Positions 28,378-37,485 of a stretch of 64,000 nucleotides of DNA are shown in pieces (position 1 is the stretch's first letter; every line of letters starts with the position of its first letter). Under the pieces are notes generated by a model, which was given only the letters and a program-made list of their open reading frames with translations, was not told where the DNA came from and did not search any database. Source of the stretch: an uncultured Candidatus Entotheonella sp. (lineage in GTDB: Bacteria; Tectomicrobia; Entotheonellia; Entotheonellales; Entotheonellaceae); assembly GCA_965217185.1 (NCBI GenBank), contig OZ244252.1, positions 3,232,001-3,296,000 on the forward strand, written 5' to 3'. Made by a program: the position numbers and the translations under genes.

Positions 28378-29961
28378 CTACAAATCAAACGCCTTGGCGA
28401 AACGGTTGTACGGCTCCAGCGGGTCGCCGTACTTCACGTGCCCCGCCACGATGTGCGCGCACGCCGGCAGCAGCACGTCGCGTTCCGGCGCCGTGCTTTT
28501 CAGGTAATCCTCCATCATGCATAAGCCGATCTCCTGGTTGTGGGGATCGTTGCCTTCCTTCACCGCGGCCAGGGCCAGCGTGCGTACCAGCGGCTTGCGG
28601 TCGTACCCACCGGCGAGATAGGCGCGCACCCAGGCGGCGCCTTCGGAACCGCTCTGGGCGATGATCGCCTCATCCACACGCTGCAGGAGCGCATCCGCCG
28701 ACAGCCGGTCGGAACCGCTCGGCACGCCGTTTTCGGCGCAGCCGTTGCCGGGCGTGTGCTTCACCCACAGGGCGCACTGGTTGATGAACGAGCCGGCCAC
28801 GTAGAGCAGCTTGATGCGGTGCGGGTGGTCGAACTTGTCATAGAACCAGCGCAGCGTGTTGGTGTACTCGTAGCCGTGATGCGGCATGGAGAAATCGCTG
28901 TTCTGCTGCACCTGCAGGATGACCCGGGCAGCAGCCGTCTGGATGACGTCGACGATGGCCTTCGGGTCCTTGCCGGCCAGGAGCAGATCGGTGATGGCGT
29001 TGGTCCAGGCCATGTCCTCCTCCTCGTGCAACGCCTGCACCAGATCATGGGCTTCCCGCGGCGTCAGCGGCTTGCCATTCGCCAGCAGGTAGGCTTCCGG
29101 CTGCTGCTTCGGACTGGGCGACAGGGACGATTCCGGCTGGTCCGCCTCGCGCGCCAGCATGGTCCAGGCGACTTGGCAGGCCATTTCATAGGCGGAATGC
29201 CAGCGCGGCCCCACCGCCATGTCCGGCACACCGGCGTACAGCACGTCGTGGGCCTGATCCCAGCCGACGGCGTCGCCGATCTCGAACGTTGCGCGGGCGC
29301 GGTACGACTTGTGGCCGGTGGTGTAGGAGCGGTTCAGCAGCATGCGGTCCTGCACGTCGATGAGGCCGGCGAACGCCATGTGTCCGAGCAGGTCGGGGCG
29401 GCGTCCGGGTTCCTCGAATAGGCCGAGGAAGACACGGTAAGCCTCGATCACCTCGCCGCACTGCACCAGCGTCAGCCAGTGATTGAGGCGCTCATCGAAC
29501 GAGCCGTCGAGGTGCAGCGGTTCCTGATCCGGCCAATGCGCCGTGGGTCCGGGCACGGTAGCGTTGGGTTCGGGCTTGTAGGTGCGACGCCCGTAATGCC
29601 CCGGCGCCTTGCCGAGAAGCTGGTTCCATGGGTCGAGGCCGGAGGGTACGTACCAGATGGTCTGCGCCATGGGCAGGTAGCGCAACTCGCCGGGCAGATA
29701 ATCCGGCAGCGCCAGGCTGGCGCGGCTGCTCAGCAGGCAGTGGTCGTTGTTGACGAACCGCACGAAGCCGCCGTCGATGCGCTGGTGATACGGCACGTGC
29801 GTGTAGGGGGCGTGGATGCGGGTGGTTTCGCGGACGATTTCCGACAGCGGGCGCTCGGCGCGAACCAGATCGTAATAGGCTTCGCTGGCGCCCACTTGGT
29901 CTCGTTCAAGAACGGTTTCCTCCAACCGGTCGTACAGGTTGGCGACTGCTGTGCTGCCCAT
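28378..29961 (-). CDS. Conserved-looking hypothetical protein (527 aa), helical, His-rich
   Basis: ATG 29961 follows GAAGGAGG; codon bias typical of the host. The upstream part of the 730-aa ORF is repeat and LysR antisense. Confidence 0.8.
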   Translation of the reverse strand: MGSTAVANLYDRLEETVLERDQVGASEAYYDLVRAERPLSEIVRETTRIHAPYTHVPYHQRIDGGFVRFVNNDHCLLSSRASLALPDYLPGELRYLPMAQTIWYVPSGLDPWNQLLGKAPGHYGRRTYKPEPNATVPGPTAHWPDQEPLHLDGSFDERLNHWLTLVQCGEVIEAYRVFLGLFEEPGRRPDLLGHMAFAGLIDVQDRMLLNRSYTTGHKSYRARATFEIGDAVGWDQAHDVLYAGVPDMAVGPRWHSAYEMACQVAWTMLAREADQPESSLSPSPKQQPEAYLLANGKPLTPREAHDLVQALHEEEDMAWTNAITDLLLAGKDPKAIVDVIQTAAARVILQVQQNSDFSMPHHGYEYTNTLRWFYDKFDHPHRIKLLYVAGSFINQCALWVKHTPGNGCAENGVPSGSDRLSADALLQRVDEAIIAQSGSEGAAWVRAYLAGGYDRKPLVRTLALAAVKEGNDPHNQEIGLCMMEDYLKSTAPERDVLLPACAHIVAGHVKYGDPLEPYNRFAKAFDL

Positions 29962-30042
29962 GGGATCCTCCTTCAGGGTTGACGGATGCGGGGATGTAAG
30001 GGCAATGCCCGCGCTTTGGGTAGTGTCTCGTTTTGGAATTTC

Positions 30043-30124
30043 TCCCTCACCCCAACCCTCTCCCGCCATGGGTGAGGGGGCAACGACTCCCTCGCCCCGC
30101 GACGGGGAGGGCCAAGGAGAGGAA
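30043..30124. repeat. Family A repeat, two degenerate inverted arms, in the leader of the hypothetical gene
   Basis: TCCCTCACCCCAACCCTCTCCCGCCATGGGTGAGGGGG then CCCTCGCCCCGCGACGGGGAGGGCCAAGGAGAGG. Confidence 0.8.
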
Positions 30125-30186
30125 GAATGGTGTTCACTATGCCACACCTTGGTTTTATAATGGCGCGAATAGTTTTTCCATAATAC

Positions 30187-30201
30187 ATTCCATATGGGAA
30201 T
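30187..30201. promoter_or_regulatory. Candidate LysR binding box (T-N11-A dyad)
   Basis: ATTCC-ATATG-GGAAT in the AT-rich divergent intergenic region. Confidence 0.55.
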
Positions 30202-30205
30202 AGAT

Positions 30206-31081
30206 ATGATTGGCAATCTCGAAGCCTTGGTGGCACTGGCCGAGTGCGGCACCATGTCGAAGGCCGCCCTGCGGCTGTCCATCACGCAATCGGCGGTGAG
30301 CAAGCGGATTGCCAGCCTGCAGGCGCAGTTGGGCAAGCCATTGGTGGAACGCAGCGGCCGGCGGGTGGAGTTGACGCCGTACGCCCTGCACATCCTGCAG
30401 CGCACCCGGCCGCTGCTGGGCGAACTGCGCGAGGCGCTCAGCGAAGAAGTGGCGGACAACACCGGCCAGTTGTCGGTCGCCATCGGCGCCGCCATCCTGA
30501 TCGCCTGGGGCGCCGAGGTGCTCGCCAAAGTCCGGCAGGAAAACCCCGGCATCCGGCTGCGCATCAACACCTACCGCGGCCCCGACGCCATCGAGCGGGT
30601 GCGCTCCGGCGAGTACATGGTCGGCATCTGCTTTGGCCGCAGCGAGAGCACCCCGGACCTCGAAGCCCGCTACGTCGTGGACGAAACCATCGTCATCGTG
30701 CCAAACCACCTGCGCCCGTTCGACTTCCCCGCCTCGGGCGAACTGCAGGTCCTGACCACCGCGCCGCAGTCGGAAACCTGGCGTTTCATCGAGCGCCAGA
30801 TACGCCGCGGCGAGCGCCAGTGGGGCGTGAAGATTCACGTGGAAAACACCATGGAGTCATTCCAGGCGGTAACCCAAATGGCGAGGGTTGGATTTGGCCA
30901 CGGCTTGGTAACGCTGGGCGTGGCGCGGGCGTTTGGGGTGCCTGCCGACGCGCTGGTCCGCTTTCCCGAGCCGGGGCTCAACATCCCGATCAGTCTGTAC
31001 GGGCGCCGCTCGACGTTGGCGCGGTCGCTGGTGCAGACATTTCTGGAATCGCTGAAAGGGAATCTGCCGGAGCAGAATTAG
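30206..31081 (+). CDS. LysR family transcriptional regulator
   Basis: HTH GTMSKAALRLSITQSAVSKRIASLQAQLG..LVERSGRRVELT; alternative start at 30194. Confidence 0.93.
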   Translation: MIGNLEALVALAECGTMSKAALRLSITQSAVSKRIASLQAQLGKPLVERSGRRVELTPYALHILQRTRPLLGELREALSEEVADNTGQLSVAIGAAILIAWGAEVLAKVRQENPGIRLRINTYRGPDAIERVRSGEYMVGICFGRSESTPDLEARYVVDETIVIVPNHLRPFDFPASGELQVLTTAPQSETWRFIERQIRRGERQWGVKIHVENTMESFQAVTQMARVGFGHGLVTLGVARAFGVPADALVRFPEPGLNIPISLYGRRSTLARSLVQTFLESLKGNLPEQN

Positions 31082-31178
31082 GACCTGATAGTCCCCTTGG
31101 AAAAAAGCCGTTGCACGGTTGAGGGTTGCGTGGTAGGTTCCCGGTTCGTCAGTTCCACCCGCCTTTCCACAGACAAAA

Positions 31179-31252
31179 CGGGGCGTAGCGTAGCTTGGTA
31201 GCGCGTCGGCTTTGGGAGCCGAAGGCCCCCGGTTCAAATCCGGGCGCCCCGA
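31179..31252 (+). tRNA. tRNA-Pro (anticodon UGG); CCA not fully encoded
   Basis: Acceptor CGGGGCG/CGCCCCG, anticodon arm TCGGC-TTTGGGA-GCCGA, T arm CCCGG-TTCAAAT-CCGGG. Confidence 0.96.
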
Positions 31253-31284
31253 CCTGCCTTTTTCTACCCTTAACTACCTGTTTT

Positions 31285-31823
31285 TCATAGAGTTGCGTGT
31301 TTTTGTCCAACTGCCATTTTTTGGGGCATTGGCATGCTATTGGCATACAAATATGCCAATCCAAGCAGTTCCGCGACCTGGTTTACGGCCTCGTTGGGGC
31401 GCCCGGGTCGGACTTTCACGTACCGCTTGTGCGCCAGGGTCGAGGGCGCATGCCGCAATAAAACTTCCTTGGTTTTTTCGGTGGCGCCGACCTCGTCGAG
31501 CAGCGTCGAGAAGGTGGTGCGCAAGGTGTGAAAGTCGAGCTTGCCCTCCGGGGTGGTGGTTTCGATACCGGCTCTGCGGAGGTCGGTCTTGAGGCTGCGT
31601 GCGGTATGGTTCGGCACAAAGAAGAGCGGCTCGGCGGGGACGTTGAGGCGCTCGCTGCGGTGCACGTCGTACAACGTCGTCGCGATTTTCTGGCGGCGAT
31701 AGGCGTGTAAACGGTCGAGAAACCAACTGGGCAGCGGCTGAAGGCAGTCGCGGCGTTCCCTGGTCCACTCGGCCACGAGCCAGATGTCTTCATTTTTCCG
31801 GTTTTCCGGTCGAGATGGCTCAA
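31285..31823 (-). pseudogene. C-terminal fragment of a tyrosine recombinase/integrase, truncated by IS5
   Basis: DFHTLRTTF (HxLR), LLRH and catalytic Tyr in HKRYVK; points toward the tRNA 3' end. The 5' part is replaced by IS sequence from 31824. Confidence 0.85.
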
Positions 31824-33111
31824 GGGCATCTCGAAAAATGCCTCGTGGATAGTCATAGATGGCGAGAGTGGCAATTCGCTGGCATGTCGGTGAGAAAATG
31901 AACTCGGCTGTCCAGGGGGACTGCCTCCCAGCAAGGAGGATTCGCCTTCCAATGAGGGCCTCCGGTGCACCCTTCCGCACCGTTGGCGCTCAACTGGCGC
32001 TCGCAAGGCGTTGTAATTGAATCAGGCGACGCATGTTGTAGGCAAGGTTCTTGAGACCTATCCGCGCCCTCGCCCGTACAAGCCCGATGCTGCGAACCAA
32101 CGTCCCGCCCATGTCGTTTTGCTGCGCCCCGAAGACATGCTCTACCCGTACCCGAAACCGTGAACGGCTCTGGTTGCCTGCTTTCTCCCAATCACGCAAC
32201 GGACGGTTGCGATAGCCCTTGCGATGAATCCGACTCCTCAAACCCCTGGCCTTCAGCGTCGCTTCAATGGCTTTCGACCGCTAGGCGCTGTCCGCCCAGA
32301 CACCGCTTGCCGTGTTGTCCGACGTAAGCAACTCCTCAATCACTTGGCTGTCGTGCACCGCCGCATCCGTCACCCGGTAACGCCGTATCAGCTTGTGCCG
32401 ACGGTCGATGGTGACGTGATTCTTGTAGCCATAGTGGCTCTTGCCGTGCTTCTTCGTCCAGCGCGCATCCCTGTCCTTTTGTCGACGCTTGGCTGGCTTG
32501 TCAGCCCAGGCCTCAGGTGTCTCACCCCGTTTGATCTGCTCATTGTCGTCACGACGATTGCGTTGCATGGGAACCGCGACAATCGAAGCATCGATGATCT
32601 GGCCACCCATTGCCTGGTAGCCCTGGCTTTTCAGGTAGCCGTCGAAATCCTCGAACAAGGCATCGATGAGGCCGGCCTGTGACAACTGTTCGCGGTAGAG
32701 CCACACCGTCTTGGCATCGGGCACCTTGTCTTCGAGTGTCAAGGCCAAGAAGCGCACAAAGGACAGGCGGTCGCGCATCTGATACTCGACCTGGTCGTCC
32801 GACAGATTGTAGAGGGCGCACAAAATGATGGCCTTGAACATGACGATGGCATCCCACGGCTTGCACCCCGCATTGGACTTGCGCTTGTCGGCTGGCTTGC
32901 GCCAGACTCTCTCCAGGCGGCTGCGGAACGCTTCCCACGGAACGGCAGCGTTGACCTTCACCAGGGGATCGTTTTTGGCGTCCAGAGCGGCGTAGCGATT
33001 CTCGATATCGAAAAAGCCCATCTGAGCCATGTTGCACTCCTCCGGCCTTGTTGGTTGACGTGTTTCAGTGATTCTAAACCACGTGGGAGATGGGTATTAT
33101 TAGAGATGCCC
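31824..33111 (-). mobile_element. IS5-family insertion sequence with an inactivated transposase
   Basis: Terminal IRs GGGCATCTCGAAAAATGCC (31824) and GGTATTATTAGAGATGCCC (to 33111). No target duplication. Confidence 0.88.
31990..33030 (-). pseudogene. IS5 family transposase with an in-frame TAG
   Basis: YNLSDDQVE, PDAKTVW, IIDASIV, YGYKNH, VWADSA-TAG (normally Tyr), then same-frame RVRVEHVFG..NLAYN. Confidence 0.9.
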
Positions 33112-33124
33112 TTATTTAATAAAT

Positions 33125-33460
33125 GAGCCACTTGCAAAACCCTAACGGAACGTCGAGAGCGAAGTATTCGGATTTGATATTTGGGGATGTTTCGGCATCG
33201 GATACGTCGTCAGGGCATCTGCAGCACTTCTCAGCGGCCACAATCCAGCGACAATGAGGTTTCCTTGACGGTGTATGAGCAAACCTGTCCGGTGTGGCCC
33301 TGCCGAGACAGGACGCCTGCAAGAGGTGAGGGGTGGAAGCAAGTTGGTTTCAGTTCAACAGGCGCATCAACTGCGACACCGCCAGCGCCACAATGCCGAA
33401 CATCAGGTGGCACAGTACCTTGGCGTGACCTCGCACGCGGACTTGGCGAGCGCCGAACTC
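33125..33460 (-). mobile_element. Right-end fragment of a second IS (DDE; IS5/IS1182-like), cut by a Tn3-type IR
   Basis: IR GAGCCACTTGCAAAAC at 33125. Encodes the C-terminus EFGARQVRVRGHAKVLCHLMFG.., matching the copies at 38.6 and 40.3 kb. Confidence 0.85.
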
Positions 33461-33886
33461 GGGGTCGGTTGCGGAAAAGGGCGAAATGACAGTGCGCCAG
33501 GCTAACTGGTGCCAGTGCAGCCGGTGGGAGTCCGGCAGGAGGAAGAAGGCCAGCCACCACCTCCACCCCGAGTCATGGGCCGTCATCCGTGAGGCTGACG
33601 GTTAAGCGTTGACAGGGGCGCGGGCGGGCGGGGCGATTGAGCACCGAAAAGGCAGAAAGTTCGGGATGCCGAGGCTCTTGTTTTGGCTGAAGGCAGTATC
33701 CGACTCACCGATATGGCGAGGGGGGTCGGAATCCCGCGGTGTCGAAGAACCCAGGCACGTACGTACGCACTGCATCGGGACCTGGGAGGTCTCCATGCCG
33801 TCCCGTAGTCGTAGCGGGACCGCAGAGGGAAGGAGGAATCCGAAGCCGATAATGAACGGCATGGAGAAGTCAGACTCGGTAGTAAT

Positions 33887-35911
33887 GTGTGCTGGGCAGC
33901 GCCCGGATCAGGTGGGTTCAAGTCCCACTGACGCCCGGGTAAGGGGCGTCATATCCAAAAGTGGGGGTAATGCCTCACTGGCCGGGGTGAGTTGATAAGC
34001 GAGACCCTAAACGGGCACAAAGCCGGAAACGGCGGAAACAGCCAAGGGTGGAGCTAAGTCGGCTCGCTGTCGAGAGACAAACCGGAGGGCAGGGTGTCCA
34101 CCGCGAGGTGGAATCCGAAGGGCTTGCGGAGAAGTACCGGGCCGTAATCAAGGGGGCTGCCCCACGATGAATCGGTCGGCCAAAGACGGGGCAAGGTCGA
34201 GCCGGCATTATGACGGCGAAGGCGTTCTTACCCACCCGTCGCACCAGGGTGTTTGCGAACGGCACGGTACGGAAGATCTGGACGTGACCCCAGGAGGGCT
34301 CGACGTGTTTCCGGGTGGCGCCGGGATAACGGACCCTATAAGCCGAGAGGCGAAGTGGGAAAGGATGCACGGCGAGCAATCGGACAACCGAATAGTACCT
34401 GAAGCCCGGCGAAAGCCGGGTGACCGCGCAAGCGGCGGCCGGGTGGGCCGGGGAAGGCGGTTGGCAGAGGTGGCCGGTACGAGACAGGCAATAAGCGAGT
34501 AAGGGCTATGACGCGGATAAGTTCCCTGAGCGAAAGACCCGGACGTCACGGACCGAGGAGACTTGTTGACTGGCTCAACCCGACGGGTGACAGGAAGGTC
34601 CACTCACTGGTGGACAAGGTGTACAAGCGGAAGAATCTGGAGGTGGCCTGGGAGAAGGTGAAGCGCAACCGGGGTGCCGGTGGCGTGGATGGGGAAGACT
34701 TGATGGCGTTCGAGGCATCGCTTGATGCGAACCTTGACCGTCTGCACCGGGAGTTGCGGGACGGGGATTATGTGCCGCAGCCGGTTCTCCAACGCCTGAT
34801 TCCCAAGGCGGGCCAGCCGGGGAAGTTTCGTCCTCTGGGTATCCCGACGATCTATGACCGGGTATGCCAGCAGGCGTTGCTGAACCGACTGGAGCCGATC
34901 TTCGAGCCGGTATTCGATGATGCCAACTACGGCTACCGGCGGGGGAGGTCCGCCCACGGAGCACTGCGCAAGATATGGCGGGAACTGGACGAGGGGTTTG
35001 AATGGGTAGTTGATGCGGACCTGTCAGACTTTTTCGGGTCCGTGGACCACGAAAAGCTCCTTGTGCTCGTTAACCAGCGAGTTTCGGACGGTCGCGTCCT
35101 GGGCCTGCTTCGGCAGATACTCAGGGCCGGAGTGGTAGTTGACGGCAGAAAGCTTCCGACCGAACAGGGCACGCCTCAGGGCGGGGTTGTTTCCTCTCTG
35201 CTCAGTAATATCTTGCTGACCCCGTTTGATTGGGAGATGCGTCGTCGTGGCTATCGGCTGACCCGGTATGCCGACGACTGGCTGCTGACGTGCCGCAACC
35301 GCGGGGAAGCCCGTGCGGCACTGGACGTGGCCAAGCGGATACTGGCCAAGCTGGGTGTGACCCTGCACACCGAGAAAACCCGGATTGTGCATGTCAGAAA
35401 CGGGTTTGAGTTTCTCGGCTACAAGATCAAGCAAGGCCAGCGGCCTCTCAGGTTGCGAGCCTCGCAGATCAGGAGCGGGATTCACGGGGGAACGCGCTAT
35501 GCGGTTCCGCGTGAGAGATCCATTCGGCACTTCAAGGACCAGATCCGTAAGCGCACCCGTCGAAAGGCTCCAGTCAGTACGCAGGAGTTGATCGGCCAGA
35601 TCAACCCGGTCATTCGAGGTTGGGGCCAGTACTACTGCAAGGCCCATGTCCGCCGGCTCTTCCTTCAGCTTGACGGCTGGATCGTGCGGCGCATTTGGTC
35701 GCATCGCCGCAAGCGATGGCGCAACGGCGGGTGGAGAGACCTGCCGGAGCGCAGGCTTATCGTCGAATACGGGCTTGTACGCTTGATCTCGCTGGTTCCT
35801 TCCTTGAACCCTCGTGCGACACCTTTGTGAAAGCGGCTTACGGGAAAACCGTACGGGCCGTTTGAGCGGCGGACGGAGGCCAGCCCCATGGGGCGCCTCC
35901 TCCGACCCGAC
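33887..35911 (+). mobile_element. Group II intron, inner (class F-like or unclassified), 2025 nt, inserted in domain III of the outer intron
   Basis: 5' GTGTG; DV AAGCGGCTTACGGGAAAACCGTACGGGCCGTTTG; DVI ..CCTCCTCCGACCCG-AC. Removal restores CTCGGTAGTAAT|AGCTGTGAAG..GAAGGACCGAG. Confidence 0.9.
34508..35830 (+). CDS. ltrA: Group II intron reverse transcriptase/maturase (inner), no endonuclease domain
   Basis: GAGGVDG, RPLGIPTIYDRVCQ, YGYR, DADLSDFF, GTPQGG, YADD, FLGY, domain X NPVIRGW. Confidence 0.95.
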   Translation: MTRISSLSERPGRHGPRRLVDWLNPTGDRKVHSLVDKVYKRKNLEVAWEKVKRNRGAGGVDGEDLMAFEASLDANLDRLHRELRDGDYVPQPVLQRLIPKAGQPGKFRPLGIPTIYDRVCQQALLNRLEPIFEPVFDDANYGYRRGRSAHGALRKIWRELDEGFEWVVDADLSDFFGSVDHEKLLVLVNQRVSDGRVLGLLRQILRAGVVVDGRKLPTEQGTPQGGVVSSLLSNILLTPFDWEMRRRGYRLTRYADDWLLTCRNRGEARAALDVAKRILAKLGVTLHTEKTRIVHVRNGFEFLGYKIKQGQRPLRLRASQIRSGIHGGTRYAVPRERSIRHFKDQIRKRTRRKAPVSTQELIGQINPVIRGWGQYYCKAHVRRLFLQLDGWIVRRIWSHRRKRWRNGGWRDLPERRLIVEYGLVRLISLVPSLNPRATPL

Positions 35912-36029
35912 AGCTGTGAAGTCGGCGAACAAAGGGACGGCAGTCCCGGCGGAGTCGATGGAGCGAAGGACCGAGCCCGAGGGGAATCGGGAAAGCCAAA
36001 ACACGCGCCGGGCACAGGACCGGGAAAGC

Positions 36030-37376
36030 GTGACACAGGCGGCCGACCGGATACGGCGATTTGTACACCGGGAGCCACGGGGACGTCTGACGACGCTTCT
36101 CCACCACGTCACGGTCGATGCACTGCGCTGGTCGTTCTACGAGTTGAAGAAGGACGCGGCAGCAGGTGCGGATGGCATGACGTGGCGGATGTACGAGGCA
36201 GGGTTGGAAGGCCGACTGGCCAACCTGCACGACCGCGTGCACTCGGGAGCGTACCGGGCGACGCCATCGAGGCGGGTGAACATTGCCAAGCTTGGTGGCG
36301 GCACACGACCGCTCGGCGTCGCTGCCCTGGAGGACAAGATCGTCCAGAAGGCAGTGATGGAGACGATCCTGACGCCGATATACGAGGCGGAGTTCCTGGG
36401 CTTCAGCTACGGGTTCCGTCCCGGGCGCGGGGCGCACGATGCGCTTGATTCGCTCGCGGTCGGGCTCATGCAGCGCAAGATCAACTGGGTGGTGGACTGT
36501 GACATCCGCGCATTCTTCGACACCGTTTCGAGAGACTGGATGGTGCGGTTCCTTGAGCAACGGATCGCGGACAAGCGGGTCATCAGGCTGATCATCAAGT
36601 GGTTGAACGCTGGCGTCATGGAAGATGGAGAGTGGCGGGACGACCTGCGGGGGACGCCTCAAGGCTCGGTGATTTCCCCGATCTTGGCGAACGTTTACTT
36701 GCACTACGTCCTCGATCTGTGGTTCCAGAAGAAGTGGCGCAACCACGAAGTCACTGGCGACACAATCATCGTGCGGTACGCCGATGATTTCGTGGTGGGT
36801 TTTCAGTACAGGCGGGATGCGGAGCGCTTCCTTGAGGCCGTAAAAGGACGGTTCGAGAGCTTTGAACTGGAAATGCACCCTGAAAAGATTCGGCTCATCG
36901 AGTTCGGACGGTATGCCAGAGAACGCCGCCGGAGGACAGGGCAGAGCAAACCGGAGACGTTCGACTTTCTGGGCTTCACGCATTGTTGCGCGAAGACTCG
37001 GAATGGGCGCTTCCGGCTGGGGCGCAACCCGGTTGCGAGGCGGATGACACGTACCTTGAAGCGAATCAAGGAGGCTCTTCGCAGGCGGATGCATCACGAT
37101 GTGGAGGATGTGGCGCAATGGCTCGGGAAGGTGGTCAACGGATGGCTGAACTACTTTGCCGTTCCGAACAGCTTCCGATACCTGCGCCGCTTTGTCCTAC
37201 GCCTCAAGCAGATATGGCACCACATCTTGCGCCGCAGGTCACAGAAGGATCGCTTCTCATGGGTCCGACTCTCACGACTTACCGAGAAGTACTGGCCGAA
37301 GCTGGAAATCCGACACCCGTGGCCGGGTCAACGAATTGCCGTCCATTCCACCCGAGGGAGGAGCCCCGTGCCTTAA
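36030..37376 (+). CDS. ltrA: Group II intron reverse transcriptase/maturase (outer), no endonuclease domain
   Basis: TLLHHVT, RPLGVAALEDKIVQ, FSYGFRPGR, DIRAFFD, GTPQGS, RYADD, FDFLGF, NGWLNYF. Likely GTG start at 36030; the upstream part of ORF 35814 is ribozyme sequence. Confidence 0.95.
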   Translation: MTQAADRIRRFVHREPRGRLTTLLHHVTVDALRWSFYELKKDAAAGADGMTWRMYEAGLEGRLANLHDRVHSGAYRATPSRRVNIAKLGGGTRPLGVAALEDKIVQKAVMETILTPIYEAEFLGFSYGFRPGRGAHDALDSLAVGLMQRKINWVVDCDIRAFFDTVSRDWMVRFLEQRIADKRVIRLIIKWLNAGVMEDGEWRDDLRGTPQGSVISPILANVYLHYVLDLWFQKKWRNHEVTGDTIIVRYADDFVVGFQYRRDAERFLEAVKGRFESFELEMHPEKIRLIEFGRYARERRRRTGQSKPETFDFLGFTHCCAKTRNGRFRLGRNPVARRMTRTLKRIKEALRRRMHHDVEDVAQWLGKVVNGWLNYFAVPNSFRYLRRFVLRLKQIWHHILRRRSQKDRFSWVRLSRLTEKYWPKLEIRHPWPGQRIAVHSTRGRSPVP

Positions 37377-37485
37377 CGGGCCTGCGGGGATCTGTGCGGG
37401 GGGTTCCCAGTAATGGGAATCCCTACCGCGATCGCTAAGCCTCGACGGCCCTCTTTTCGCTCCCTCATAACCTAGCCTTCGGGTC

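Larger units (their letters stand above)
33492..37432 (+). mobile_element. Group II intron, outer (class E-like), 1916 nt without the nested intron
   Basis: 5' GTGCG; DV GAGCCCCGTGCCTTAACGGGCCTGCGGGGATC; DVI TGTGCGGGGGG..CCCTACCGCG-AT 3' end. Excision restores the Tn3 IR. Confidence 0.9.
33461..37439 (+). mobile_element. Tn3-family 38-bp terminal inverted repeat, split 31+7 bp by the group II twintron
   Basis: 33461-33491 joined to 37433-37439 gives GGGGTCGGTTGCGGAAAAGGGCGAAATGACACGCTAAG: 38 bp with the GGGG...ACGCTAAG Tn3/Tn21 signature. Confidence 0.85.

Noticed and set aside
3791..30124. CRISPR array
   Set aside because: The repeats are dispersed palindromes, not regularly spaced direct repeats, and there are no cas genes in the window.
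29962..30570. N-terminal 203 aa of the 730-aa ORF
   Set aside because: It is LysR antisense plus repeat sequence; a strong RBS precedes ATG 29961.
32281..32283. Pyrrolysine or amber read-through in the IS5 transposase
   Set aside because: The position is normally Tyr (ADSAY); a TAY-to-TAG point mutation explains it, and no pyl genes are visible.
35814..36029. N-terminal 72 aa of the 520-aa RT ORF
   Set aside because: This is read-through across DV/DVI of the inner intron and DIII of the outer intron; the RT homology starts at GTG 36030.
34508..37376. Tandem RTs as a retron, DGR or defence-associated RT system
   Set aside because: Both have group II intron RT and domain X motifs and are enclosed by recognisable ribozyme domains with GUGYG/AY ends; no TR/VR repeat or msr-msd was seen.
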